Shown in pieces: positions 7,851-16,729 of a DNA stretch of 49,297 bases. Position 1 is the first letter of the stretch. Each line of letters opens with the position of its first letter. This DNA comes from Minisyncoccia bacterium (GTDB lineage Bacteria > Patescibacteriota > Minisyncoccia > 2-02-FULL-40-12 > IGHO2-01-FULL-4-A): positions 1 through 49,297 of the forward strand of contig JBEKBN010000007.1 of the NCBI GenBank assembly GCA_050015375.1, read 5' to 3'. The notes under the pieces were generated by a model. It saw only the letters and a program-made list of their open reading frames with translations. It did not search any database and was not told where the DNA came from. A program made the translations under genes and the position numbers.

Positions 7851-8123
7851 CTAGACGACGCTGACGACTTTTATCAATCTCGTTTTGCCGTTGAAGTTCA
7901 TTTTCTTTTTGGAGATGAATTTCACAAGCCCGTTTTTGACCGCGTAGATCGTGTCGTCTTTGCCGATCTTGGAACCGATCCCCGGAATATACTTCGTGCC
8001 TCGCTGACGGATGATGATGTTGCCGCTAACGGCTTTCTGGCCGTCAGAAAGTTTCACGCCCAAGCGTTTTGATTCAGATTCCCGACCTAAAGTTGTTGTG
8101 CCTTTTGCCTTTGTATGTGCCAT
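7851..8123 (-). CDS. rpmA: 50S ribosomal protein L27
   Basis: MAHTKAKGTTTLGRESESKRLGVK..IIIRQRGTK. Confidence 0.95.
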   Translation of the reverse strand: MAHTKAKGTTTLGRESESKRLGVKLSDGQKAVSGNIIIRQRGTKYIPGIGSKIGKDDTIYAVKNGLVKFISKKKMNFNGKTRLIKVVSVV

Positions 8124-8182
8124 AGTTTAAAAATGATTTATAATTGAAAAATGAAATATTACCTGTTATTATCGTATCATAG

Positions 8183-8560
8183 ATGGAAAAGATAATCAAA
8201 TTCCTCAAAGATTACCAATCCGATATTATCATCGTAATCGCCGTCGCTTTGATGACCTATATTGGCTACAACGTTGGGAAGATCACGGCCTTCAATTCAA
8301 TGAAGACGCCGATTACCGTTACTAATTCGAATTCCGCGGCTGATATTGTGCGACCTGATGGAGGGATAGCTACAACAACACCTAACACGGTCAAAACCGA
8401 CGTTTCTGTCGTTGCCTCAAAAAAATCTACCAGCAAACTCTATCATTTCAAATGGTGCCCGGGCGCGGCCCAGATCTCTCCGGCAAATCTTCTGACATTT
8501 CCAACCGAAGCCGCCGCCATTGCCGCCGGATACACCCTTGCTTCAAATTGCAATCGGTGA
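8183..8560 (+). CDS. membrane-anchored protein with C-terminal Ada-Zn-binding-like (sunset-type) motif
   Basis: N-terminal TM helix. The C-terminus is YHFKWCPGAAQISPANLLTFPTEAAAIAAGYTLASNC (YH..C....I...N..F...A.AAGY...C). Confidence 0.5.
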   Translation: MEKIIKFLKDYQSDIIIVIAVALMTYIGYNVGKITAFNSMKTPITVTNSNSAADIVRPDGGIATTTPNTVKTDVSVVASKKSTSKLYHFKWCPGAAQISPANLLTFPTEAAAIAAGYTLASNCNR

Positions 8561-8601
8561 TATGTTCGTTCAAGAACGTTCTTTTTCTGTGGAGGATGAT
8601 T

Positions 8602-8808
8602 ATGAAAACGAAGGGTATTACAATTGACGGAAACTCTCTTCGTATTGAGCTTGTCCCTTCTACAACTGCCGATTCTCGACTATTTGAAGAAATATGTCAG
8701 GGAATACCAAAGGATAGCACATTGAATCACTCTCATTGCTGGATGAGAAAAAACGATGATGGGTCATTTACCTTCGTCGGCGAATTCATTGAACCCGCGG
8801 TGCGATAA
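8602..8808 (+). CDS. small hypothetical protein (68 aa)
   Basis: GGAGG (8591-8595) lies 6 nt before ATG 8602. Followed immediately by a strong terminator. Confidence 0.45.
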   Translation: MKTKGITIDGNSLRIELVPSTTADSRLFEEICQGIPKDSTLNHSHCWMRKNDDGSFTFVGEFIEPAVR

Positions 8809-8824
8809 TTGCACCGCTTTTTTT
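8797..8824 (+). terminator. rho-independent terminator
   Basis: gcggtgc-gataatt-gcaccgc followed by T7. Confidence 0.8.
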
Positions 8825-8829
8825 ATAAC

Positions 8830-9088
8830 CGAGGAGTGATTGGTCTTTTCTCGAGCTCTGTCGCAGGCGCCGCGAGTGTTTATTTGCGCGCGTACGCGCG
8901 CAAATAAACACTTGCATCCGAGCAAGGTGTCGTGTTGTAATCCGAAGGAGTACAACACGACAAGGACGACAAGACAAAGAGCGGAGACTTCATATATCGA
9001 GCCGAGGATTGTCAGCAGACAAACGAGGCGAGATGAAGCGCCCGCTGGGCGCATAGAGTCGGAGCGTTGAGAGAAAAGATTAATCACG
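8830..9088 (+). repeat. type-A structured repeat, variant, containing a 36-nt perfect palindrome
   Basis: Outer arms tcttttctc/gagaaaaga. Palindrome gtgtttatttgcgcgcgtacgcgcgcaaataaacac at 8876-8911. GCAAGG at 8922-8927 followed by hairpin tgtcgtgttgta/tacaacacgaca. CGCTGGG loop at 9043-9049. Confidence 0.65.
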
Positions 9089-9871
9089 ACGTATTTGTTT
9101 CATCCAGTATTCATTCTCCCATTCCCAGAGGGTTTTAGCGGCAAGAAATGCCGCCGTGTCTTTTTCGAGGTCGGGGAGTTCTTTGAATTCGACATGGCCG
9201 GTTTGGTCGCCCCAAACATGTTCGCAAGTGCTTGGGCGATAATTTGCCGTTCGGATTTTTTGAGTCCCGCCTTTTTCTCTCATTGTCGCCCCGCAACCGC
9301 GGATGCAAGGCCGAGATTGGTCGAGACGCAATATCCAGCGCGTCAGATCGGGCATAGAAGGTTTTTCTTTCAAGGCCTCAACATATGCCGCCGCCTGAAT
9401 TCCGTAATCACGATAGATCGCAATTGAAGTTTTAATGTCCAAGACACCCAGCCGTCCGTCAACTTCAGCTAAGACATCAATGGTTCCGGCATAATTGTGT
9501 TTTTTCGAACAAACTCTTTCTTCAATCATCTGCGGAATTATCTCGTGTTGTTTTTGAAAATTTTTAAAAGCAATTACTGCCGGCATGACCGAGTCGGGGA
9601 TAGCGGTCTCCTTTCCGCCAAGAATCCCTTCGACTGTTTCATGAAGAAGCGTTCCCTCTTCGGCAGATTTATTTTTTATGGCTTCGCCGGCGGCGAAATT
9701 TGGCAAGTCGGCATAATATTTGTAGAGAGCCGGTTTAGCTTTAATTGATACGATAGATGTCACGCGGGGATACCAAACTCCATCAATTTCATAACCGGTG
9801 GCTGATTTGAAGTTGTCTACATTGGTGAAATACATAATGTACTTATAATTGTAGGCTGTGAATGGAGACAT
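9080..9871 (-). CDS. PD-(D/E)XK (RecB/Cas4-like) nuclease family protein with a Cys-rich insert
   Basis: HNYAGTIDVLAEVDGRLGVLDIKTS...YGIQAAAYVEAL gives the D...(D/E)xK...QxxxY core. The insert is CIRGCG...CEHVW. Start is uncertain (ATG 9871 or GTG 9880). Confidence 0.7.
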   Translation of the reverse strand: MSPFTAYNYKYIMYFTNVDNFKSATGYEIDGVWYPRVTSIVSIKAKPALYKYYADLPNFAAGEAIKNKSAEEGTLLHETVEGILGGKETAIPDSVMPAVIAFKNFQKQHEIIPQMIEERVCSKKHNYAGTIDVLAEVDGRLGVLDIKTSIAIYRDYGIQAAAYVEALKEKPSMPDLTRWILRLDQSRPCIRGCGATMREKGGTQKIRTANYRPSTCEHVWGDQTGHVEFKELPDLEKDTAAFLAAKTLWEWENEYWMKQIRRD

Positions 9872-9921
9872 TATAAACACCCCGCGTTTTATTGTGCGAC
9901 AATAAATGTTAAAATACTAAC

Positions 9922-10425
9922 ATGGCATCAGACGAAAAACTCCCAGGGGACTACGTAGCGGGTTTTATCGATGGCGAGGGTTGTTTTTATCTTACTTATA
10001 GAAGTGAAAAAAAATACAGCCGAAAGGGCAGCCCAACCTATTATCGTTGGCTTCCATATTTTGCAATGACTTTAAGATTGGACGACATAGAAATTCTTCA
10101 TAAAATAAGAAATACACTTGGATGCGGAAATGTCTACAAATTAAGAAATAACAGTAAATGGGGGAGTCAAGCTTACTTTGGAATCCAAAATATAGACGAC
10201 CTTTATAACAAAATAATTCCGTTTTTTAAAAAATATCAACTCCGAGCAAAAAAAAGATTTGATTTCGAATTATGGTGTTCGGCTCTAAATATTTTACACG
10301 CGAACAAAATTCAAAAAAAATCGTGCTCTTTGAATGAAAACATGTTACTCAATAAAATAAGATTTAAAATGCGGATTTATAAAAGTGAGTTGAATAGGGG
10401 ATACAAGAACAACCCACAAGAATAA
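9922..10425 (+). CDS. free-standing single-motif LAGLIDADG homing endonuclease
   Basis: YVAGFIDGEGCFYL is the LAGLIDADG motif. At 167 aa it fits I-CreI-like homodimeric enzymes. No flanking intron or rRNA context. Confidence 0.85.
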   Translation: MASDEKLPGDYVAGFIDGEGCFYLTYRSEKKYSRKGSPTYYRWLPYFAMTLRLDDIEILHKIRNTLGCGNVYKLRNNSKWGSQAYFGIQNIDDLYNKIIPFFKKYQLRAKKRFDFELWCSALNILHANKIQKKSCSLNENMLLNKIRFKMRIYKSELNRGYKNNPQE

Positions 10426-10492
10426 CGTCCGACAAGATACCTTTTGCGACATGATAACCTCTTAAATCAAATCGACTTCCGGCTCATTATAA

Positions 10493-10834
10493 CTACCTTA
10501 AGAACGGCAATAACCCCTTCAGTATTCCGGCGATGGTGTTAACCACCACCAGAAACAGGTTTATCGCCAACGTGCCGACGGCTTTCAGAATGCTTATTAT
10601 ATCGCCCCAGGAGAAGCTTTTTGAGTTAAACATGGATTGGATACCGGATTTTATATCCGGGAGCGATTGAGCGCAATTCACGTCGAATGAACCGCTGGCG
10701 CATTTGGTCATAATGGAATTCAGATCAACGGCGGCGTTCGCATGATCCACCGAACTTAACAATGAATAACAAACACATCCGCACGCGGCAACAACAATTA
10801 TCGAAATAACAAAATAGGGCATTTTCTTTTTCAT
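10493..10834 (-). CDS. small secreted/membrane protein (113 aa)
   Basis: MKKKMPYFVISIIVVAACG signal/TM segment and a C-terminal TM segment AVGTLAINLFLVVVNTIAGIL. Confidence 0.5.
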   Translation of the reverse strand: MKKKMPYFVISIIVVAACGCVCYSLLSSVDHANAAVDLNSIMTKCASGSFDVNCAQSLPDIKSGIQSMFNSKSFSWGDIISILKAVGTLAINLFLVVVNTIAGILKGLLPFLR

Positions 10835-11014
10835 GGCCACTTCCCTACCAAGATGAAGAAAATTCTTGTGCGACATATAAAAAGTTATCCACAGGTACCA
10901 CTTTTTAGTCAATCATTTGTGAAACATATTTTAAAAATATTAATCGTAGAGATTCATTAAAAATTGAGGGTCGTAATTAAATTGAAATTGATTCCCACTC
11001 CCCCATTCTATCAC

Positions 11015-12265
11015 CTATGGCAAATAATCATACGGGTTTACGGTGCCATCGAAATAATTAAAATACAACTGATTATTGTGAGCGGTATTCAGATAGGTGA
11101 AAAAATCTTTGTAAATGCTCAAGTGAACATGAGCACCGGTGGTGTTGCCGGTTGCGCCTTCGTAGCCGATGACGGAATCCTTCGTGACCGGAGTTCCGTT
11201 GGCAAGTCCCGACGGTGCTTTCATATGGCCGTACAAACTGACCATGTTATTGGCATGGACGATGGCTACGAAATTCCCCCAGCCGTCATCATATCCGCTG
11301 GCGAGGATCGAACCGGCGTCAATGGGATGGATGGATGACCCCACCGCGCTGGCGATGTCTACGCCGTTATGGGGCGCGCCACCGTATGCGCCCCGTCTTG
11401 CGTAAGCGGTCATGCCATAACCTTGAGTAATAATATAATCATCCAGCGGCCAGCGAATTGACCACATGCCCTTGGCCGGAACACTTGTTGCCGTGACATG
11501 AACAATGAAAGCTCCCGTCGCCAGGGCTTGGGCTTCAAGTTTCTTCAATTGATCAAAGAACGCGGCTTGTTTTGATTCGACATCGGTCAGCATTTTTTGA
11601 TATTCCTGCTCTTTGCCTTTTGTCGCCGTCAGTAGCTGATCTTTGCTTTGCTTGGTATCGGTGACCGCCGATTTTTGTTGAACTTGCTGATCGTTCAATG
11701 TTTCAAGGTCATTCTTCTTTTCTTCGAGCGCGGTTTTATTATTTTGGAGATCTTCGCTCTCTTTTTTGACCAAAACGAGCGTGTCGTTGAGCTGGAGATC
11801 CAGATCCGTATCTTGTTGCATCTGGTCGTAGTAGTTCGACAAGGTCGGATTTTTTATCAGGATCGCGGCCAAACTCGTCTGGTCTCGGGCGGCCATTTCG
11901 GCGATCAGTTTGCCAATGGCCGATTTTTCCTTGACTATCTTATCCTGGTCGTCGAATATTTTGCTTTCAAGATCGGAGATCTCAAGCTTCGCCGTTGATA
12001 TCTGATCACCGGTGATGGAGATCTGGGTGTTCAGCTGAAGGATCTGGTTGTTCAGGATGTTTATCTGCTTCGCCAGCGTATCGGCTTGTTTTTGGCTGGC
12101 ATTGATATTGCTTGTGTATTGGGCGGCTTGTTTGGTCAGGGTATCGATCTGGGAACGAAGATCCAAGATCTGCTGATTAATATCGGCCAGCGCCGGTTTG
12201 ACAAAAAACAAACCCAAAACAAAAAACGCCGACAGAAACGCGATTTTTTTATATCTGAAGATCAT
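11015..12265 (-). CDS. M23 family metallopeptidase with N-terminal coiled coil (EnvC-like)
   Basis: PHNGVDIA..GWGNFVAIVHANNMVSLYGHM..GATGNTTGAHVHLSIY. The ATG overlaps the gltX stop (ATGA). Confidence 0.85.
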   Translation of the reverse strand: MIFRYKKIAFLSAFFVLGLFFVKPALADINQQILDLRSQIDTLTKQAAQYTSNINASQKQADTLAKQINILNNQILQLNTQISITGDQISTAKLEISDLESKIFDDQDKIVKEKSAIGKLIAEMAARDQTSLAAILIKNPTLSNYYDQMQQDTDLDLQLNDTLVLVKKESEDLQNNKTALEEKKNDLETLNDQQVQQKSAVTDTKQSKDQLLTATKGKEQEYQKMLTDVESKQAAFFDQLKKLEAQALATGAFIVHVTATSVPAKGMWSIRWPLDDYIITQGYGMTAYARRGAYGGAPHNGVDIASAVGSSIHPIDAGSILASGYDDGWGNFVAIVHANNMVSLYGHMKAPSGLANGTPVTKDSVIGYEGATGNTTGAHVHLSIYKDFFTYLNTAHNNQLYFNYFDGTVNPYDYLP

Positions 12266-13686
12266 TCCAATTTTTTTATCGCTGTTTTTATTCTTTTTAT
12301 GGCTTCTTCTTTTCCGATGACAAATAAAATTTCCAGTGGATCGGCTGAATATTTTTCTCCGCTCAATGCCACTCGCAACGGCCAATAGACCGCTCCCCTG
12401 TCGCCGTGAAATATTTCCTCGGCTATGTTGTCCAAAATGTTTTTTGTTGTTTCTTTGTCGGTTTCGAGATCTTCTAGCTCTTCAAGTATCTTTTCTAATG
12501 CTTTTTTCGCCCCACTTTTATCGGACTTCTTCCAAGTCAACAATTCCGTTTCGTATTCCGGCGCTTTGAAAAAGTAGTGATAATCCCCTACCTGATCCAG
12601 ATACTCAAGTCGCTCGCGAAAAATGGGAGCCATTTTCATAATTAATTCGTCATCAACGATCCCAAAATGTTTTTTAACGAATGGCAAAACAAGTTTGCAG
12701 ATGCCGGCATCATTTTCCATCTTTAAATATTGGGAATTGAGCCAGTTTAATTTTTTAATATCAAAAACCGCGCCGGATTTGTGGATTTTTTCCAGTTTGA
12801 ATTGTTCAATGATCTCGTTCTTGGTCAGCATTTCTTTTGTCGAATCATCCGGCGTCCAGCCAAGAAGCGCCAGAAAGTTCACCAAAGCGTCCGGTAAATA
12901 ACCAAGAGCGCGATATTCGGCCACCGAAGTCACGCCGTCGCGTTTAGACATTTTCGAACGGTCTGTTCCGAGAATCAGCGGCAAATGAGCAAATTTTGCC
13001 GGTGTCCAACTAAGCGTTTCATAAATTAAAATCTGTTTGGGCGTGTTAGCAATATGATCCTCGCCACGGATGACATGGCTGATTTCCATCATATGGTCGT
13101 CAATTACGACGGCAAAGTTATACAACGGCTCGTTGATATTTTTGGCAATGCTGAAATCCCCGAGCAATTTTTCCTCGAATTCTATTTTCCCCTTGATAAT
13201 ATCTTCAAAAACGATTTTTCTGCTTGAATTGGTATCAACCTTTAATCGAATTATCCCTTCCCCGTGATTCATGATTCGTGATTCATGATTCTTGTGCTCG
13301 CACATATGTCTTGGCGGTTCTTTTTTCTCCATCTGTTCTTTCTGCTCCGCTTCTAGTTCTTCTTTCGTGTGGTAACACCAAAACGCCTTGTCTTCGTCCA
13401 TGAGTTTCTGGATGTATTTCGTATAATATTTTGTCCGCTCGCTTTGGTGGTAGAGCTCGTCCCATTTCAAACCAAGCCATTCAAAGCCCTCGATGATGTC
13501 TTTCTCGTATTCTTTTGTCGAGCGTTCGGTGTCGGTGTCTTCAATTCTGAGAATGTATTGCCCACCCGACATGTGTCGCGCGAAAAGCCAGTTGAAAAGC
13601 GCCGTTCGCGCCGTGCCGATATGCAAAAAACCAGTAGGACTTGGCGCCATCCGAACTCGAATCTTCTCAATTTTGACTTTGGTCAT
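12262..13686 (-). CDS. gltX: glutamate--tRNA ligase
   Basis: RMAPSPTGFLHIGTARTALFNWLFA (HIGH) and KMSKRDG (KMSKS). Confidence 0.95.
   Translation of the reverse strand: MTKVKIEKIRVRMAPSPTGFLHIGTARTALFNWLFARHMSGGQYILRIEDTDTERSTKEYEKDIIEGFEWLGLKWDELYHQSERTKYYTKYIQKLMDEDKAFWCYHTKEELEAEQKEQMEKKEPPRHMCEHKNHESRIMNHGEGIIRLKVDTNSSRKIVFEDIIKGKIEFEEKLLGDFSIAKNINEPLYNFAVVIDDHMMEISHVIRGEDHIANTPKQILIYETLSWTPAKFAHLPLILGTDRSKMSKRDGVTSVAEYRALGYLPDALVNFLALLGWTPDDSTKEMLTKNEIIEQFKLEKIHKSGAVFDIKKLNWLNSQYLKMENDAGICKLVLPFVKKHFGIVDDELIMKMAPIFRERLEYLDQVGDYHYFFKAPEYETELLTWKKSDKSGAKKALEKILEELEDLETDKETTKNILDNIAEEIFHGDRGAVYWPLRVALSGEKYSADPLEILFVIGKEEAIKRIKTAIKKLE
13266..13293 (+). repeat. GATTCNT heptamer tract (4 units) inside gltX
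   Basis: gattcat gattcgt gattcat gattctt, read on the coding (minus) strand as KNHESRIMNH. Confidence 0.8.
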
Positions 13687-13740
13687 TGATTGTATTTTAT
13701 CAGAAATACATCAACTCGCCAATATTTCACTAAATGAATT

Positions 13741-13766
13741 AAAAAGCAGTGCCTTGCGACACTGCT
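13741..13766 (-). terminator. rho-independent terminator of 13799..14098
   Basis: Minus strand: agcagtg-tcgcaagg-cactgct followed by TTTTT. Confidence 0.7.
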
Positions 13767-13798
13767 GGTATTACTAAAACTGACCCTGCAAAAACGAT

Positions 13799-14098
13799 CT
13801 ATGCTTTGGATTCAGGATGAATTGGGAACATCTTCTTGTTGACAACCTGAAATCCATATTCTTTCAGCGTTTTCTCTCCTCTACCTCCTTTGGCCCAATA
13901 TAGTATTTGACGGTCAAGATGGTCTCGGCACCCGTAAAAGATATCCGTATCATCAATCTCATCTGGATTACCGATTACTGATATCTCAACAATCAAACGC
14001 CCAACCGCAAGCTTTTTACAGTGAGCTTTGGTGCCGATTCCCCAGCCACAATAATGCGGACGCTTCCCCTTTTTGTCATTTTTCATGTTTTTCTCCAC
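13799..14098 (-). CDS. hypothetical protein (99 aa)
   Basis: Complete ORF with its own terminator. No recognisable domain. Confidence 0.45.
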   Translation of the reverse strand: MEKNMKNDKKGKRPHYCGWGIGTKAHCKKLAVGRLIVEISVIGNPDEIDDTDIFYGCRDHLDRQILYWAKGGRGEKTLKEYGFQVVNKKMFPIHPESKA

Positions 14099-14240
14099 AG
14101 AATGGGTTAATATTGGAGTATCTTAAGGAACATTAAATGTAATATGAGCTTACAAATTCAGTATATACCCCCAATAAACATCTGTCAAGTCCTTGAAAAT
14201 GGCCCCAAATTGGACGATTCTGAAAGCAATGGCAACTGGC

Positions 14241-16097
14241 ATGTTCATAATTGAAATAATTCCCTTGGTTCACATCCCGCGCAATCAGGTGCAGGTTTTG
14301 AGTTATTTCCATGGCGAGATGCTGAAAGTCGGAGCGGTGGTGGAAATTGATTTCAATCACCGGAAAATAAGAGGCGTAGCTGTGGTCTCGGAACCGTTGA
14401 AAAGCCGGAAACTGGATTTTAAAAAATCAGTTGATTTTGAATTGAAAAATATTTCAAAAGTCATCAGTGCTGAACCGATGGTTTCTGAACGGCAACTGAC
14501 CATCGCAAATTGGCTTTCGAATTATTACTATGCTCCTCTTGGGATCTGTTTGAAAACGATATTACCGCCATTTTGGAATAAAAAGGGTTACAAAAACGAA
14601 ACTCCTAAAAATACTTTGTCGGTAAAGCAAACGTTTCTTATGGTGGCTGAAAATATCGCCGGAAAGTATTTTATGGAAAAATACGCTTCTGAAAAACCGG
14701 TTTATATCTCCAGCGGTTTGAAAAACAAAGAATATTTTGATGTTTGGAATAAGGTCGCCGCCGGCGAATCCAAATTGATCATCGGCACGCGAATCGGACT
14801 TTTTTTACCATTTTCAAATTTGTCTAAAATGATTGTTGATGATGGATCGAACGAAGCATACAAATCCGACATGACGCCAAGATATAATGCCGTGGATTTA
14901 GCGCGATTCGTGGCTAATGTTCATAATTCCGAAGTTATTTCTTCGGATGTTTTCCCGCGAATTGAATTTCCAAAATCAGCCTCTTCAGTTGTAGTCCGCA
15001 AATCACCCGTTGATCGTTCGGTTGTCAACATGATTTCCGAGATAAAGGCCGGTAATTTTTCAATATTTTCTCGCGATTTACAAGATGAATTTTTAAAATT
15101 TAAAATTGAGAATTTAAAATTGATTTTGTATATCCCCCGCCGGGGACACGCCAATTTCATTTTGTGCCAGCACTGCGGGGAAGCATTAAAATGTCCGAAT
15201 TGCAATGTCTCGTTGGTCTTACACAGACAACCCACAACTAATTCCGAGCAGCTTATTTGCCATCACTGCGGTTATTCCGGCGCATTGCCGAAATCGTGTT
15301 CCGTTTGCAAAAGTTATCAATTGAAACCTTTCGGCATTGGCATTGAAAGAGTTGAAAGTGAAATTAAAAAATACTATCAGCGGGCCAACCTGAAAATGCC
15401 GACTCTTTTTCGTCTCGACAGCGATTCCGTCAAGGACGAAAGAGACGAGGAAAATATTATCAATGATTTTCTTGGCGCCGAATCAGCCATTTTGCTGGCA
15501 ACACAAATGATATTCAGCCACAAACATCGTCTCGCAAATAATTTGCAAATCAAGCCGGTTATTGGCATAATAACAGCGGATTCACTTGTAAATATTCCCG
15601 ATTACAAAACCGAGGAATCGCTTTTTCGGCAATTAACTTTACTGGCCGGCTTCGGCAAAAGATTGATAATTCAGACCCATGATCCGGAAAATCCAGCCAT
15701 TAAGTGCTTCGCCGGCGGCGATGTTTCCGGTTTTATCAAATCGGAATTAAAAAATCGGGAAGAACTTTCATATCCGCCGTTCAGCCGATTCATCAAGATA
15801 TCTTTCAAACATTTTGACAATTTTAAAGCCAAGCGGGAAATCGCCATAGTCGCCGAGAAATTGAAACAGGTATTGCGCGGTGACAGATCAAGATTTGATA
15901 TTATGGGTCCGTCGCCAGCATTCATTTCAAAAGAAAAGAATTTTTATATTTGGAGTTTGATCTTGCGAGATAAACAAATGTTGGAGCTTCCGCTTGACTC
16001 CGGCGCCGCAGAAATAAAAACGCGCAATGAGTTACTGCGCGTTGTGCCCGGCGGGCGTGGCTGGATAATTGACATTGATCCCAGAACCGCCATTTGA
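14241..16097 (+). CDS. priA: primosomal protein N' (PriA) homolog with degenerate helicase motifs
   Basis: Cys-rich region CPNCNVSLVLHRQ..LICHHCGY..CSVCKS and the overall PriA layout are present. Walker A (GxGKT) is absent and DEEH reads DDGS. Start is uncertain (TTG 14193, ATG 14199, 14229 or 14241). Confidence 0.8.
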   Translation: MFIIEIIPLVHIPRNQVQVLSYFHGEMLKVGAVVEIDFNHRKIRGVAVVSEPLKSRKLDFKKSVDFELKNISKVISAEPMVSERQLTIANWLSNYYYAPLGICLKTILPPFWNKKGYKNETPKNTLSVKQTFLMVAENIAGKYFMEKYASEKPVYISSGLKNKEYFDVWNKVAAGESKLIIGTRIGLFLPFSNLSKMIVDDGSNEAYKSDMTPRYNAVDLARFVANVHNSEVISSDVFPRIEFPKSASSVVVRKSPVDRSVVNMISEIKAGNFSIFSRDLQDEFLKFKIENLKLILYIPRRGHANFILCQHCGEALKCPNCNVSLVLHRQPTTNSEQLICHHCGYSGALPKSCSVCKSYQLKPFGIGIERVESEIKKYYQRANLKMPTLFRLDSDSVKDERDEENIINDFLGAESAILLATQMIFSHKHRLANNLQIKPVIGIITADSLVNIPDYKTEESLFRQLTLLAGFGKRLIIQTHDPENPAIKCFAGGDVSGFIKSELKNREELSYPPFSRFIKISFKHFDNFKAKREIAIVAEKLKQVLRGDRSRFDIMGPSPAFISKEKNFYIWSLILRDKQMLELPLDSGAAEIKTRNELLRVVPGGRGWIIDIDPRTAI

Positions 16098-16112
16098 TCG
16101 GTCACCGCCGGT

Positions 16113-16259
16113 TTAACTGGAGGCCAGATAGACAAGCAGGTCATTGGAGCACAATACTGCGGCAATTCTTATCGCCGCCAGAGTAATGGCAGCCCCGATA
16201 GCCGTGCAAAAAAGAGCAAAAAATATCCTTACGCCTTTATCAAACTTGTCACAGAACAT
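16113..16259 (-). CDS. possible 48-aa hydrophobic peptide
   Basis: AGGAGG lies 5 nt before the ATG. MFCDKFDKGVRIFFALFCTAIGAAITLAAIRIAAVLCSNDLLVYLASS. Below the ORF-track length cutoff. Confidence 0.35.
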   Translation of the reverse strand: MFCDKFDKGVRIFFALFCTAIGAAITLAAIRIAAVLCSNDLLVYLASS

Positions 16260-16276
16260 TTTTTCCTCCTACGAAC

Positions 16277-16729
16277 ATGGAAATAGTCAAAAACCCTGAT
16301 AAAATCTTACGCCTAATTATGAAACCGGTCAAGAATATAAGTTCTGAAACTTTGAAATTGGCCGAAGAGATGAAAACAATCATGAAGACCAGCAACGGCG
16401 TCGGCTTGGCGGCAAATCAGGTCGGTGTTGATCTGCGCGTTTTTGTCATTGACGAAAATCTGGCCAAAGAAAATAATGTGCCTGAAGTTTATTTCAACCC
16501 GGAGATAACCGAATATTCCAAAGATCTCGCCGAGATGGAGGAAGGTTGTTTGAGTTTACCCCAGTACTGGAAGGATATAAAACGCTCCAAAAAGATAAAA
16601 TTCAAAGCCACCGGCATTGACGGAAAAAAAATAAAAATCAAAGCACGCGGTTTTTTGGCGCGGGTTCTTCAGCACGAAGTTGATCACTTGAATGGATTGC
16701 TAATTAAAGATCGTCTTAATGAAAAGTAA
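16277..16729 (+). CDS. def: peptide deformylase
   Basis: GVGLAANQVG, EGCLS, HEVDHLNG. Confidence 0.95.
   Translation: MEIVKNPDKILRLIMKPVKNISSETLKLAEEMKTIMKTSNGVGLAANQVGVDLRVFVIDENLAKENNVPEVYFNPEITEYSKDLAEMEEGCLSLPQYWKDIKRSKKIKFKATGIDGKKIKIKARGFLARVLQHEVDHLNGLLIKDRLNEK

Noticed and set aside
8764-9087. ORFs 8764-9087(-), 8786-8977(-) and 8840-9070(+).
   Set aside because: They are translations of both strands of a palindromic repeat element (mirror-image peptides such as ICARTRANKH on both strands), not genes.
15944-16165. ORF 15944-16165(-), 73 aa.
   Set aside because: It overlaps the priA 3' end in antisense and has no SD. The shorter SD-preceded 48-codon ORF at 16113-16259 is the better candidate in this gap.
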